Origin: a virus
Taxonomy: Duplodnaviria; Heunggongvirae; Uroviricota; Caudoviricetes
Virus record (IMG/VR): IMGVR_UViG_3300044984_001938
Direction: 5' to 3' (one strand)
Length of the DNA stretch: 64,000 bases
In this document: positions 1 to 8,781 of the stretch, piece by piece
How the letters are laid out: the number at the start of each line of letters is the position of its first letter
How positions within the stretch are numbered: position 1 is the first letter of the stretch
The notes under the pieces: model-generated
Told to the model about the DNA's origin: nothing
Databases searched by the model: none
The model's input: the letters and a program-made list of their open reading frames with translations, nothing else
Position numbers and translations under genes: made by a program

Positions 1-412
1 ATGGGCGTACTACATTGTTTCTTTTTGCTGGGATAACTTTTGCCTGGCCATGCATTGATGACCAAAGATATGTTTCTACGCAGTCATCTAAGTGATGACC
101 GGTAATAATTGGACCCAATGAATCACCAAAGCTGTCCAAGAAGTCATAGCGTTCGTTGCGCCAGTGTTCTTCTGTACTAAGTACTTTAGGTTTATCATTC
201 TTAATCAGGCCAACCATAAGTGGAAGATTTCGTTCAGTGCAGAATTTAGCAACAAATTCAAATGCCCGTTCACTATTCTCTGTTCCATGATGGAAGAAAG
301 CGCAAGTTACTTTATGTTTACGGGAAAGGAAATCTGTAATAGCAACAGAGTCAACCCCGCCGCTTAGTGCGACAACAACTTCTTTTGGCAACGGAAAGAG
401 TAGTTTAAGCAT
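1..412 (-). CDS. tilS: tRNA(Ile)-lysidine synthase-like PP-loop ATPase; runs off the window at position 1
   Basis: Missing from the ORF track (no stop in window). Manual translation from ATG at 412: MLKLLFPLPKEVVVALSGGVDSVAITDFL...GHHLDDCVETYLW...NVVRP, i.e. PP-loop SGGxDS, TilS-type HHLDDxxET and RP motifs; extended -10 (TGCTATAAT) just upstream. Confidence 0.85.
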   Translation of the reverse strand, partial: MLKLLFPLPKEVVVALSGGVDSVAITDFLSRKHKVTCAFFHHGTENSERAFEFVAKFCTERNLPLMVGLIKNDKPKVLSTEEHWRNERYDFLDSFGDSLGPIITGHHLDDCVETYLWSSMHGQAKVIPAKRNNVVRP

Positions 413-438
413 CTATGCATTATAGCATAGAAATGATT

Positions 439-1023
439 TTATTGAAAGATTTCCGGGTGATCTTTGCCAAATACTTTCATATATTTTCCGGCACTCATAT
501 CAGCTAGCATTTCAATTGGACTACCTGGGTAACTATCACCTGGTTTAATCATATCCAATTCACCTTGACGGACATGAGTAAGTTCATGCAGGACCGTACG
601 CATAATATCAACCATATTACGATTAGCAACATATACCCAAACATTATTATCATTTGTACTATGGCGACCAGTATGATGACCTTCTTGTGCTTCTTCAGTA
701 TCGTAGCTGAATTCAATTTCGGGTACTGATTGTAGATTAAGTTTTTGTGCTGCAAATTGAATGAATTTCTGCATTATTGGGTTATCTGCTAAAAAGTCTG
801 GTTCGTCATTTTCTTCATCTAGCTTGCCCTTAACCCAGTTATCCGGTGATCGTTTGAATTTCCGCACAAATAGGTCATGTAGTGCTTTGCTAGTAATACT
901 ATGTCTACTAGCAACTTGACGCATTAATTTGTCAATCGTTGTGTAGTCATGTTTTTGCAATGACGGCAAGCGTTTTGCCAATTCATTTGTAGCGGATTCA
1001 ATAATAATGTGTTCAGTGAGCAT
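439..1023 (-). CDS. Zincin-like metallopeptidase domain protein with probable capsid-targeting N-terminus
   Basis: HExxH motif (VLHELTHVRQ) plus downstream E (SPIEMLAD); N-terminus MLTEHIIIE; GATAAATA box directly upstream. Confidence 0.55.
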   Translation of the reverse strand: MLTEHIIIESATNELAKRLPSLQKHDYTTIDKLMRQVASRHSITSKALHDLFVRKFKRSPDNWVKGKLDEENDEPDFLADNPIMQKFIQFAAQKLNLQSVPEIEFSYDTEEAQEGHHTGRHSTNDNNVWVYVANRNMVDIMRTVLHELTHVRQGELDMIKPGDSYPGSPIEMLADMSAGKYMKVFGKDHPEIFQ

Positions 1024-1040
1024 TATGTATTTATCAAAAG

Positions 1041-1119
1041 GTGCTCACTTTAACGAACTAAATGGGTAGCGATTCCTATTCGTTGGCCAGCAGCCGGCCA
1101 CACGGCCCTAAGGGTGTTC
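1041..1119 (-). ncRNA. Candidate small structured RNA element
   Basis: GC-rich intergenic stretch with three stems: ACAC/GUGU, GGCCG/UGGCC, AACGAA/UUCGUU. Confidence 0.4.
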
Positions 1120-1572
1120 TTACCAAGAACTTTCTTTAAGTTCTAGTGTATATTTATCAAATCGTTTTAATCTGGCCAAGAATTCATTAGATTCTTCTGT
1201 TGATATTCCAGTAAGTTGTAATATAATTCTGTCACTATTTCCTGCGTTTGCACTAGCATAAGAAGTATTATGCCAATCAATTCCATACACTTCCCCTGCT
1301 TTCCAGTTGGTATGATTAACATCATCAAAGCAATAAAAATGCCCTGGTACCCAATCTGTTAAATGAATACAGATTCTTTTAACAGTGAAAGGTTGATCCA
1401 AATTATAATGTTCTAAATTATCTTTAATAAAAGTAGAGACTTGATTTGGCTTTTGTCTATCTAAATTAATATTGCAATTTCTAAGTTTGATTAGATTGCT
1501 TAGTTGTTGAAGTAAAGTATCATTGATATTACTCCAATCACCGATAAATGTACCTAATTTTGTGATGTTCAT
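1120..1572 (-). CDS. Cupin / aspartyl-asparaginyl beta-hydroxylase-like protein (possibly degenerate)
   Basis: C-terminal pattern RICIHLTDWVPGHF..WKAGEVY..W..ASANAG..RIILQLTG resembles phage double-stranded beta-helix oxygenases; metal-binding His residues not obvious. Confidence 0.4.
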   Translation of the reverse strand: MNITKLGTFIGDWSNINDTLLQQLSNLIKLRNCNINLDRQKPNQVSTFIKDNLEHYNLDQPFTVKRICIHLTDWVPGHFYCFDDVNHTNWKAGEVYGIDWHNTSYASANAGNSDRIILQLTGISTEESNEFLARLKRFDKYTLELKESSW

Positions 1573-1612
1573 ACTGATATTTAGTGTGAACTATTAATGT
1601 TAATATTAAACC

Positions 1613-2053
1613 TTAATTACACCAACTAGTTTTAGCTTCACCATAGTATTCTCGGGCAAAACCTTGACTAATTAACATTTGTCTAAGACTTTGTCCATTT
1701 AATATTACATCACCCAACACACGCCCGCCATACTTGTCCCAATCCATGAGAACAATTTGTCTTTTAGTTGCTACTTCAATTGCATGTTTAGTGAAGGCAG
1801 TTGCTGCTTGACCTCGTTGCTCCTCACTAGGACATTTTGCCCTGAAACCTTTTTCCGGTGTATCAACACCAAACACACGAATACTTAATTCTTTCTTTAA
1901 TGGATCAGGTAAGAACGGTGCGTGAAAGGCTACCGTATCACCATCAATAACCCTAGTTATTACAGCATCATATGTTACACCTTCTTTTTGTTTTTGTGCT
2001 AATACAACACTAGATAGTATTGTCAATGCTAATAATATTATTATTTTTTTCAT
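1613..2053 (-). CDS. Thermonuclease (SNase-like) with signal peptide
   Basis: VIDGDT, IRVFGVDTPE, DKYGGRVLG motifs; N-terminal MKKIIILLALTILSSVVLA signal peptide. Confidence 0.9.
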   Translation of the reverse strand: MKKIIILLALTILSSVVLAQKQKEGVTYDAVITRVIDGDTVAFHAPFLPDPLKKELSIRVFGVDTPEKGFRAKCPSEEQRGQAATAFTKHAIEVATKRQIVLMDWDKYGGRVLGDVILNGQSLRQMLISQGFAREYYGEAKTSWCN

Positions 2054-3426
2054 GTTGATTTAATGCGTTTCTTGTAATCTATAAAGTTTGCGTGTCTATC
2101 TTCTAATCCTGATAGTGAAGAATTAATTTTCTTAGTAACTGCGGCAGTATCATCAAAGTTATTTATCCCCGGTTTAACTCTTGTGTTCCAATACCACAGT
2201 GCTACCTTTAACGCTATGTCAGGCCTTGCTGCAAGTTCAGGTTGTTTGAGTAAGTTTATCTTCAAGGCGTCACCTGCCATACGATAGTTGTCACGACCGG
2301 TCAATTGAATATATCCTCTGCCGTGATATCTAGCACCATCTCCCACTTGTTTATTACCAAGTATCTTAGCAGTTCTGGGTGAATGTTTAACATCGTATTT
2401 TTTAGCAAAATAATCTTTTACCTTTGGTTGTGGCTTTTCTTGTAACCTACTAAAATTCCAAGTTTCATGTTTCGTCTGAGCTAAAAATTGTGCTAATTCT
2501 GATCCCTTCATTCCTTCTTTTTTTGCAGTTTGATATAAAACATTTTCTGCTTGTGTATCTACTGTGGGAGATGCTGCTTTAACTACGGGTGTTGCTGCTT
2601 TAACTTGTACTTCAGGAGCAGCATCGGGTTGAGTTATTTTAGATATTTTAGCTGTTCTAACTGGTTCTACCGGAGAATTATATTGATTAGCAGCACCTAA
2701 TGCTCCCAATGCCATAGCACCACCAGCGACCCAGTTCTTCCAATCTTCTTCTAAATCATCTAGTTCAACTAATTGTCTATATGGCTCATCACCGGTCCAT
2801 CTTGAACCCTGATCCATTGCTTCGCCGACTGCTGGATCCCACTTCATGCTCTTACTACCCTTGTGTATAGGAGCGAAGCCTTGCCCCTTGTAGAACTTTG
2901 TTAGTTTACTTTGACTTACTTGACCGTGTTGCCAAGGGAACAATGTTAGTGCAATTCCATCTGCTTGTGCCATGGCTTGCAATTCTTTCATTGCGCGTGA
3001 GCCGACCCCTTGACGTAGTGGATATGCTTGAAACCATTTTACTTCTACTGCACCTCGTTTGCTGAAACTTGGGGTTAGTTCAAACATTGCAAGCTGCTGA
3101 GTGTCACCTTCGCCCCACATCATTACATGATTATTTTTAAAGATAGTTGGATACTTTTGATAGACCTTTTCAATCCAAGCCTTTGCGGCATCGTTGTTGC
3201 TTATTTTGATTGGTTCATCTTCCTTCATTAATTTACTAATGCGAGGCTTGAATAACTGTACTTCACCTTTGTTAGTTTTTAGTACAGGTTGATTGTGCTT
3301 GTCTTTAGTAAAGCCTTTAATCTCTGCTGGACTATTCTTAAATTTACCCTTGAGGATTTTATCACCAACTGATAACTTGGGCGGTTGATATGAGGCAGTC
3401 TCATTAATAAATTCAATTGCTCTCAT
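2050..3426 (-). CDS. Multi-domain virion cargo protein: GNAT-like domain plus C-terminal GH19 chitinase/lysozyme
   Basis: RQGVGSRAM and LTKFYKGQGF (GNAT motifs A/B); HET...E and YHGRGYIQLTGRDNY (GH19); N-terminus MRAIEFINE. Confidence 0.75.
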   Translation of the reverse strand: MRAIEFINETASYQPPKLSVGDKILKGKFKNSPAEIKGFTKDKHNQPVLKTNKGEVQLFKPRISKLMKEDEPIKISNNDAAKAWIEKVYQKYPTIFKNNHVMMWGEGDTQQLAMFELTPSFSKRGAVEVKWFQAYPLRQGVGSRAMKELQAMAQADGIALTLFPWQHGQVSQSKLTKFYKGQGFAPIHKGSKSMKWDPAVGEAMDQGSRWTGDEPYRQLVELDDLEEDWKNWVAGGAMALGALGAANQYNSPVEPVRTAKISKITQPDAAPEVQVKAATPVVKAASPTVDTQAENVLYQTAKKEGMKGSELAQFLAQTKHETWNFSRLQEKPQPKVKDYFAKKYDVKHSPRTAKILGNKQVGDGARYHGRGYIQLTGRDNYRMAGDALKINLLKQPELAARPDIALKVALWYWNTRVKPGINNFDDTAAVTKKINSSLSGLEDRHANFIDYKKRIKST

Positions 3427-3866
3427 TACTCACGGGCTTTTTTAAGTGTAGCACGAATCATCCATGCTTTCTTGGCATATAAGTCTTGTAGTTCAGCTAG
3501 ATAATTGGCAATTCCCTGTGCTTTTTCTTCTGTTGCAATGTCAAATAATTCAGTTACTAACTTAATCATTTTTTCACAATCAACTAGTAGTTCTTCAAGC
3601 ATTAATTCAGCACGAGGAATTTTATGTTGTTCTTCAATGATACTCAATTCAAGCATTCTGCCTAAGCTGCCTGGAGAATAACTGCCTAAAGTTCTGATAT
3701 ATTCGGCAATAGTATCAATAGTTCCATAGATTTCATCATACATTTTATTTAAAAATTTATGATATTGCGGGAAATTGCTTCCTTCGATATTCCAGTGAAA
3801 TCCGTGAGTTTTTGTATACAGTACAAATGTACTGCCCAATAGTGTTTTTAAGTTATCTGATAACAT
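3426..3866 (-). CDS. dps: Dps / ferritin-like DNA-binding protein
   Basis: HGFHWNIEG..F..YH and D.IAEYIRTLG Dps signatures; 146 aa. Confidence 0.9.
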   Translation of the reverse strand: MLSDNLKTLLGSTFVLYTKTHGFHWNIEGSNFPQYHKFLNKMYDEIYGTIDTIAEYIRTLGSYSPGSLGRMLELSIIEEQHKIPRAELMLEELLVDCEKMIKLVTELFDIATEEKAQGIANYLAELQDLYAKKAWMIRATLKKARE

Positions 3867-3868
3867 TA

Positions 3869-5020
3869 TTATCCTTTAGTTTTCTTTGTGTTGACATTGA
3901 TGGCTTTACCACTACGCTCTGGATTGGGATCTTCTCTGCGTTTTCTTGCTGCTGCACTTGCACGACCCTTTTTACCTAAACTGTGTGCTTTACTTTGAGG
4001 CAAACATTTTGGTTTACCTTCTCCCGGCTCTCTTGCACATGGACCCTTGATATTACCTTTGGTATCCATGCGAACCCACTTTTCTTTATTAAACCAATCA
4101 TGTAAACTTTCATCCGTTTGATTTATGCCTTCTAGTATAGAACTTTCATTCTTACTACTATTACCCCAATTACTTGCACCTTTTTTACGACATTTGACTA
4201 ATGCACCGCTAGCATAGGCACTTGGCCATACTTTATAACGGCTTTTTACTTTATAGTAGCAAGCATCTTTCTTTTCATTCATTATCATTTCACTGAACAT
4301 TGGTCCATTACAGTGTGGGCAACTATGTTGTTCCTCCGCCACACCTTGTTCTTTTTGACCTTGCTGTTGCGCCCATTGAGCAATTTTTCCAAAGAGTGTA
4401 TCAGGAACACCGAGGTCTGTAGCAGCCTTTGGATCGCTAATATCAACTACGTTAATAGTTCTATCAGCAAGTGGACCGCTTGATTGAATAGGGCCACCTG
4501 ATGCAATCGTTGCGGCACCTGTGTATTTTTTTTCTGGATCATTTAGTCTTTGATCTAATCCCAATTGTTTAGCAACATTAGGAGCCACTGGTTTTATGTC
4601 AATAAATGATGCTGAGTTACTTGCAGTAGATAAATTTTGGTTGCGGCGCCAACTGGCTGCAACGTATGTGCCATTGGCTAATCTAACATAAGTGGTCACT
4701 GGAGCAAAGATATCTAATTCATTTAACTTGTCCTCCGACACACCTTGTTCGGTTGTTAGTGTACCAGTGCGTCTTTGTCCGGAACCTTTGAACATATCAT
4801 TTGTTTCTTCATATGTTCCTGGATAAGGTATACCAACTGATTCTTTCTTAACATCATTTGCAAATTGTTTATTAGTTGCTTTTACAATGCCACTAAAACG
4901 CTTGTTGCCACGAGCAAAATCTTTTTCTTTATCTGCTTTACTGGCATCGGCTGCGGCAGCAGTTTTGTATTGTGCTAACTTTTCGTTAGATAGTTCTGTT
5001 AAAAAATCTGATGGTTTCAT
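3869..5020 (-). CDS. Modular internal-head polyprotein (small basic modules separated by EQGV[AS]E sites)
   Basis: N-terminus MKPSDFLTE; EQGVSE and EQGVAE linkers; KKDACYYKVKSRYKVWPSAYASGALVKCRKKG and LHDWFNKEKWV..KPKCLP small modules. Confidence 0.6.
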   Translation of the reverse strand: MKPSDFLTELSNEKLAQYKTAAAADASKADKEKDFARGNKRFSGIVKATNKQFANDVKKESVGIPYPGTYEETNDMFKGSGQRRTGTLTTEQGVSEDKLNELDIFAPVTTYVRLANGTYVAASWRRNQNLSTASNSASFIDIKPVAPNVAKQLGLDQRLNDPEKKYTGAATIASGGPIQSSGPLADRTINVVDISDPKAATDLGVPDTLFGKIAQWAQQQGQKEQGVAEEQHSCPHCNGPMFSEMIMNEKKDACYYKVKSRYKVWPSAYASGALVKCRKKGASNWGNSSKNESSILEGINQTDESLHDWFNKEKWVRMDTKGNIKGPCAREPGEGKPKCLPQSKAHSLGKKGRASAAARKRREDPNPERSGKAINVNTKKTKG

Positions 5021-6936
5021 ATTATTTCTTATTCTTGTTATCTAACATGCCGCGTTTGTTAGCAGTTGCCCAAGCAATGTTCTTAGCGACTTTCTTTGAC
5101 TTGCCTGCCTTTTCTTCACTCTTTTCAATATGACTAACCATACGATCTACTTTGGCACCTTCACTAACTTTTTTCTTAGCAGCATCCCATGCAGCATCAG
5201 TCTTTACATTGTATTCTTTACCACCGGCGCCAATATCAGCAATTTCGTCCTTGTCGAAATTTGGATATCTGGACCAGCGGGTGGAAGGTGTGTATCCTTT
5301 ACGGCATAATTTCATCTCTGCGTTAGCTTGTTTGTCTGACATATAGGGACTTGGAGAGCTGCCTTCCGCCACATCTTTCTCTGGTTCTGTTGGTTTGGGT
5401 TTCTTTCTGGGACTATCTAACCAAGGATACTTGGAGCCTTCCGCTACATCTTGTGTTGCATACTTGGCGTACACCTTGCTATTTTCACCATAGCCATGTC
5501 TCCTAGCCATTTGTTGTAATTGCGCTTGGGTCTTGCCTTTGAAGTATTCTTTCTTTTCAGCATCGGTCATCAGGCGAATTTTTTCTTTGACACGAATTAC
5601 TGATGCTGGCATAGCACCTTCTGCTATATTTTTATCTTGTAACCGTTTTTCTGCACGATTCAATCCAACACTTCTCATTGAAAATTTATGACCTGCTTTA
5701 TTTGCAGATTTTGGGTCATTGTCTCTTATACCTTTACCAATAGTGGTAAATTGTTTATCTTGATCTTTCTCCGCTTTGTCATAGTAAGAAGTAACAGTGT
5801 CTCTATTCAATTCATCTAACTGGCCTTCTGACACACCTTGCTCCGGAGGTATAAAGTCTTCCAAATCCATACTAGAAAATCCTATAAAATCGTTTTGACT
5901 TCCGTGTGCCGCATTTTGTTTAATTTCTTGTACATACCGATCGGCACCTTCTGACAGATCACCGGCATCAAGTCCATCAATTGGATACATTACATATTGT
6001 TTATCTCCACGATGAAACGACACTGCATAGGAGTTACTGTCGGCCACGGCATAAATTTCAATAATGTATTTTCCGTCGTCGCTTTCAAAGTCTTCCTGAA
6101 AGAAAAATCTATCTCCCTGACCGTCTTTACGCTCAGGTGGTGCTAACTCGTTCAATCCTTTCGAGCCTTTCGCCACACCTTGCTCATTAAATCTTGTATC
6201 ATGTTTCATTGCAAGTGCATCATTTGTCCGCGGATCGTCAATGAACTTTAATTCGTAATCAGGATGCTTCATTATCTGTTGATTGATATCATATGCTTTA
6301 GTGTGATGCTGCTGAGCCTTTTCTTTGTTACCTCTCTTTAGATATGTTCTTGACAAGTAAGTGTGATGTTGATATTTTGATTTCAAATCATCTAATGATT
6401 CATTAAAGCCTTCCGCCACACCTTGCTCTGTATGACTTAAAATATTATTTTTAGGAACACGATATTTTGCCACAGTCTTTTCGGTGTTTCTTGGGCTTGG
6501 ATCAACTGATTTAACAATAAGATGCCCGTCTTTCCAACCAACTATGGTGCCTTCAATTTCAGGATAATGATTGCTGTGATACCAAGTAATCTTATCACCG
6601 GGATCGTAACCTTCCGCCACATCTTTCTCTGGTTCTGGTTTCTTTCTGGGACTATCTAACCAAGGATACTTGGAGCCTTCTGACACACCTTTCTCTGGTT
6701 CTGTTGGTTTGGGGTTGGGGTTCTTTCTGGGATTATCTAACCAAGGATACTTGGAGCCTTCCTCCACATCTTTTGGTGTTACTCTATCGATACCTTTTTC
6801 TCTCCGTGAAATCATGCGTTGAGCAATGTCTTTATATTCACCTTTTTTAGCATCTGGGGTAAGTCCTTTAACTTGTGCTTTTGCTTTTTCTAAATAACTT
6901 GCTTTAGTAGCATCACTAACCTCCGCGACACCTTGC
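4332..6936 (-). repeat. Dispersed ~20-nt in-frame repeat, minus-strand consensus GAGCAAGGTGTGGCGGAAGG
   Basis: Plus-strand copies start near 4333, 4732, 5362, 5437, 5824, 6166, 6409, 6610, 6676, 6757 and 6920 (e.g. ccttccgccacaccttgctc at 6409-6428). Confidence 0.85.
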
Positions 6937-7391
6937 ATCTCTTGGCTGCTGATTAGATAATCCATAACACTAACCATCATGCTTTTTGCTGCGCCAATCT
7001 TCTCTGATACCCACTCTGGGAATTCAGATTGAACAGATAATCTCTCGTCTAAATCACTGGCAGCACGGGCGATAGTGTGTAAACTGTTCTTTAATGTGTG
7101 GCCTTCATGTTCACCTTGATCTAAATCATGTTTAACAAATCCGGTTCTTTTTAATCTGCCTTGTCCAGGAACAACAATTAAGTCTTGTTCTGAAAGATCA
7201 TCTTCAGTGACTTTGCTTTCTACAATGCTATTAGCGTAAGGACCTTTCTTTTTAGATTTGCCCTTTATTAATTGTTGTACTGGTTTTAGTCCACGAACAT
7301 TAGTATTTTCGCGGGTTTGAGTCATCATAGGCTGTGCTACGGTGGCAACCGATCCTGCTGTTGTATTTTCTACTATTTGATTAAATCTCAT
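5022..7391 (-). CDS. Cassette-type polyprotein, about 13 modules joined by (EQG/EKD/EKG)V[AS]E-G linkers
   Basis: N-terminus MRFNQIVE; at least 11 recurrences of the V/I-x-E linker; three copies of the GSKYPWLDxPRK module. Confidence 0.65.
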   Translation of the reverse strand: MRFNQIVENTTAGSVATVAQPMMTQTRENTNVRGLKPVQQLIKGKSKKKGPYANSIVESKVTEDDLSEQDLIVVPGQGRLKRTGFVKHDLDQGEHEGHTLKNSLHTIARAASDLDERLSVQSEFPEWVSEKIGAAKSMMVSVMDYLISSQEMQGVAEVSDATKASYLEKAKAQVKGLTPDAKKGEYKDIAQRMISRREKGIDRVTPKDVEEGSKYPWLDNPRKNPNPKPTEPEKGVSEGSKYPWLDSPRKKPEPEKDVAEGYDPGDKITWYHSNHYPEIEGTIVGWKDGHLIVKSVDPSPRNTEKTVAKYRVPKNNILSHTEQGVAEGFNESLDDLKSKYQHHTYLSRTYLKRGNKEKAQQHHTKAYDINQQIMKHPDYELKFIDDPRTNDALAMKHDTRFNEQGVAKGSKGLNELAPPERKDGQGDRFFFQEDFESDDGKYIIEIYAVADSNSYAVSFHRGDKQYVMYPIDGLDAGDLSEGADRYVQEIKQNAAHGSQNDFIGFSSMDLEDFIPPEQGVSEGQLDELNRDTVTSYYDKAEKDQDKQFTTIGKGIRDNDPKSANKAGHKFSMRSVGLNRAEKRLQDKNIAEGAMPASVIRVKEKIRLMTDAEKKEYFKGKTQAQLQQMARRHGYGENSKVYAKYATQDVAEGSKYPWLDSPRKKPKPTEPEKDVAEGSSPSPYMSDKQANAEMKLCRKGYTPSTRWSRYPNFDKDEIADIGAGGKEYNVKTDAAWDAAKKKVSEGAKVDRMVSHIEKSEEKAGKSKKVAKNIAWATANKRGMLDNKNKK

Positions 7392-7443
7392 GCTGGTTTC
7401 CCAAAGTTATAGAGTATTTATCAAAATACCATAATATGGAAAC

Positions 7444-8769
7444 TTAAGAGATTTTTCCGTTTGTAGGGGCAGTTTTTGGTACACCGCTTCTTTTTATTTT
7501 ACCTAACCCTAGTCTCGTAGAGTTGTCCTGAATGCTATACGGATTCACATCCACGGTTAGTGCGGTCTTAAATCGTGGATCATTTTTTTCTGACTCGGAA
7601 GGAATGTAACCACTTGCTTCACTTATTCCACCACGATATTGATTGTCTTTACGCCCACCGTATGGATTTATTGCTGAAGTCTTTTCACTGGCAAATTGCA
7701 TAGTGTAATTTTCACCGACATTATATGTAGGATCAACTTTCTGTCTAGGCATACCTTTAGGTTGTTTTGGATCAACTGGATCAATATCTGTTGTTGTTAA
7801 TCCAGTCTTTTTTAGTGCATCAATATACTTATGTTCTTCATCTTCACTTCCAAACGCCAGTATGGTACTAGGTGGTCCTTTACCAAAATCATGCTTTCCT
7901 AATCCTTTAAGATTGCTAATATGTTGACCTAACTTATACCAATCATATACATCACTAACATCTACTTTAACAGTACCTGCGGGCATCGTTGGTTTAAACT
8001 CTGGTCCAGGAGGAGGACCATTTGGATCATAATCTTCGTCTGTGACATTACGATACATAGTTTCAAACGATAACTTCTCACTATGTAACTTGTTTCTTAA
8101 ATCATACAACTTTGTAATATATCCCTGGCTACGCAACATCTTAAATGCTAAATTCTCAGGTGAAAATTCACCCCCTTTATCTAACCCTGCTTGTCTATAT
8201 CTTTTGATTGTATCTAATATATGTTTTACTCTGCTGTACTTTCTTGATTTGAGGGCAATCTCCATTACAGCTAATAACTTTTCATACTTACTTTTAGTGG
8301 CAGTTTGGTCAAAATCACTTCTACGCTTAGTGGGTATTCTTATCCACTGGTCATTAATTATACTATATTCACCTAAACTTACTACAGGTTCTCTACTGTC
8401 TTGTACATACAATTCTACTGGAATTTTATGAATTGTTATATCATGGGAATCATTGTAAATTGTTTTCTTTGCATTGAATAACTCTTTATATACTTCATCT
8501 ATAGGCAAATTGCCCATGTCTACTAATATATGCAAATCTAAATCACTGTGCTTTGTGTAACTAAATGCAGCATTACTGCCTGATATGGTGATGTCTTTTA
8601 CATCTAAATCATGTACCCCTAATTCCGATAAAAAGTCTTGTGCTATCTTTATAAGTTGTTCTCTAACTTCTGACCGTAGTTTAGTACCGTTCCATAACTT
8701 TGGATTAAGTTTGTCGTGGAATGTAACTGCATCACTTAGTTTAAAACTGTTTAATTCTTTTAGGTTCAT
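7444..8769 (-). CDS. Pol beta-superfamily nucleotidyltransferase with C-terminal small modules
   Basis: ISGSNAAFSYTKHSDLDLHILVD (GS..DxD) and third acidic strand VELYVQD. Confidence 0.75.
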   Translation of the reverse strand: MNLKELNSFKLSDAVTFHDKLNPKLWNGTKLRSEVREQLIKIAQDFLSELGVHDLDVKDITISGSNAAFSYTKHSDLDLHILVDMGNLPIDEVYKELFNAKKTIYNDSHDITIHKIPVELYVQDSREPVVSLGEYSIINDQWIRIPTKRRSDFDQTATKSKYEKLLAVMEIALKSRKYSRVKHILDTIKRYRQAGLDKGGEFSPENLAFKMLRSQGYITKLYDLRNKLHSEKLSFETMYRNVTDEDYDPNGPPPGPEFKPTMPAGTVKVDVSDVYDWYKLGQHISNLKGLGKHDFGKGPPSTILAFGSEDEEHKYIDALKKTGLTTTDIDPVDPKQPKGMPRQKVDPTYNVGENYTMQFASEKTSAINPYGGRKDNQYRGGISEASGYIPSESEKNDPRFKTALTVDVNPYSIQDNSTRLGLGKIKRSGVPKTAPTNGKIS

Positions 8770-8781
8770 TAGTTATTTATC

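Noticed and set aside
164-367. 67-aa plus-strand ORF
   Set aside because: Antisense to the tilS-like gene, which has clear motifs.
1098-1119. UUAGGGCC loop as a pistol ribozyme
   Set aside because: The required downstream UUAAAU and GCCCUAA pairing partner are absent.
4332-6936. Repeat-spacer pattern as a CRISPR array
   Set aside because: Repeats are degenerate, in frame within ORFs, with intervening segments of about 60-400 nt and no cas genes or leader.
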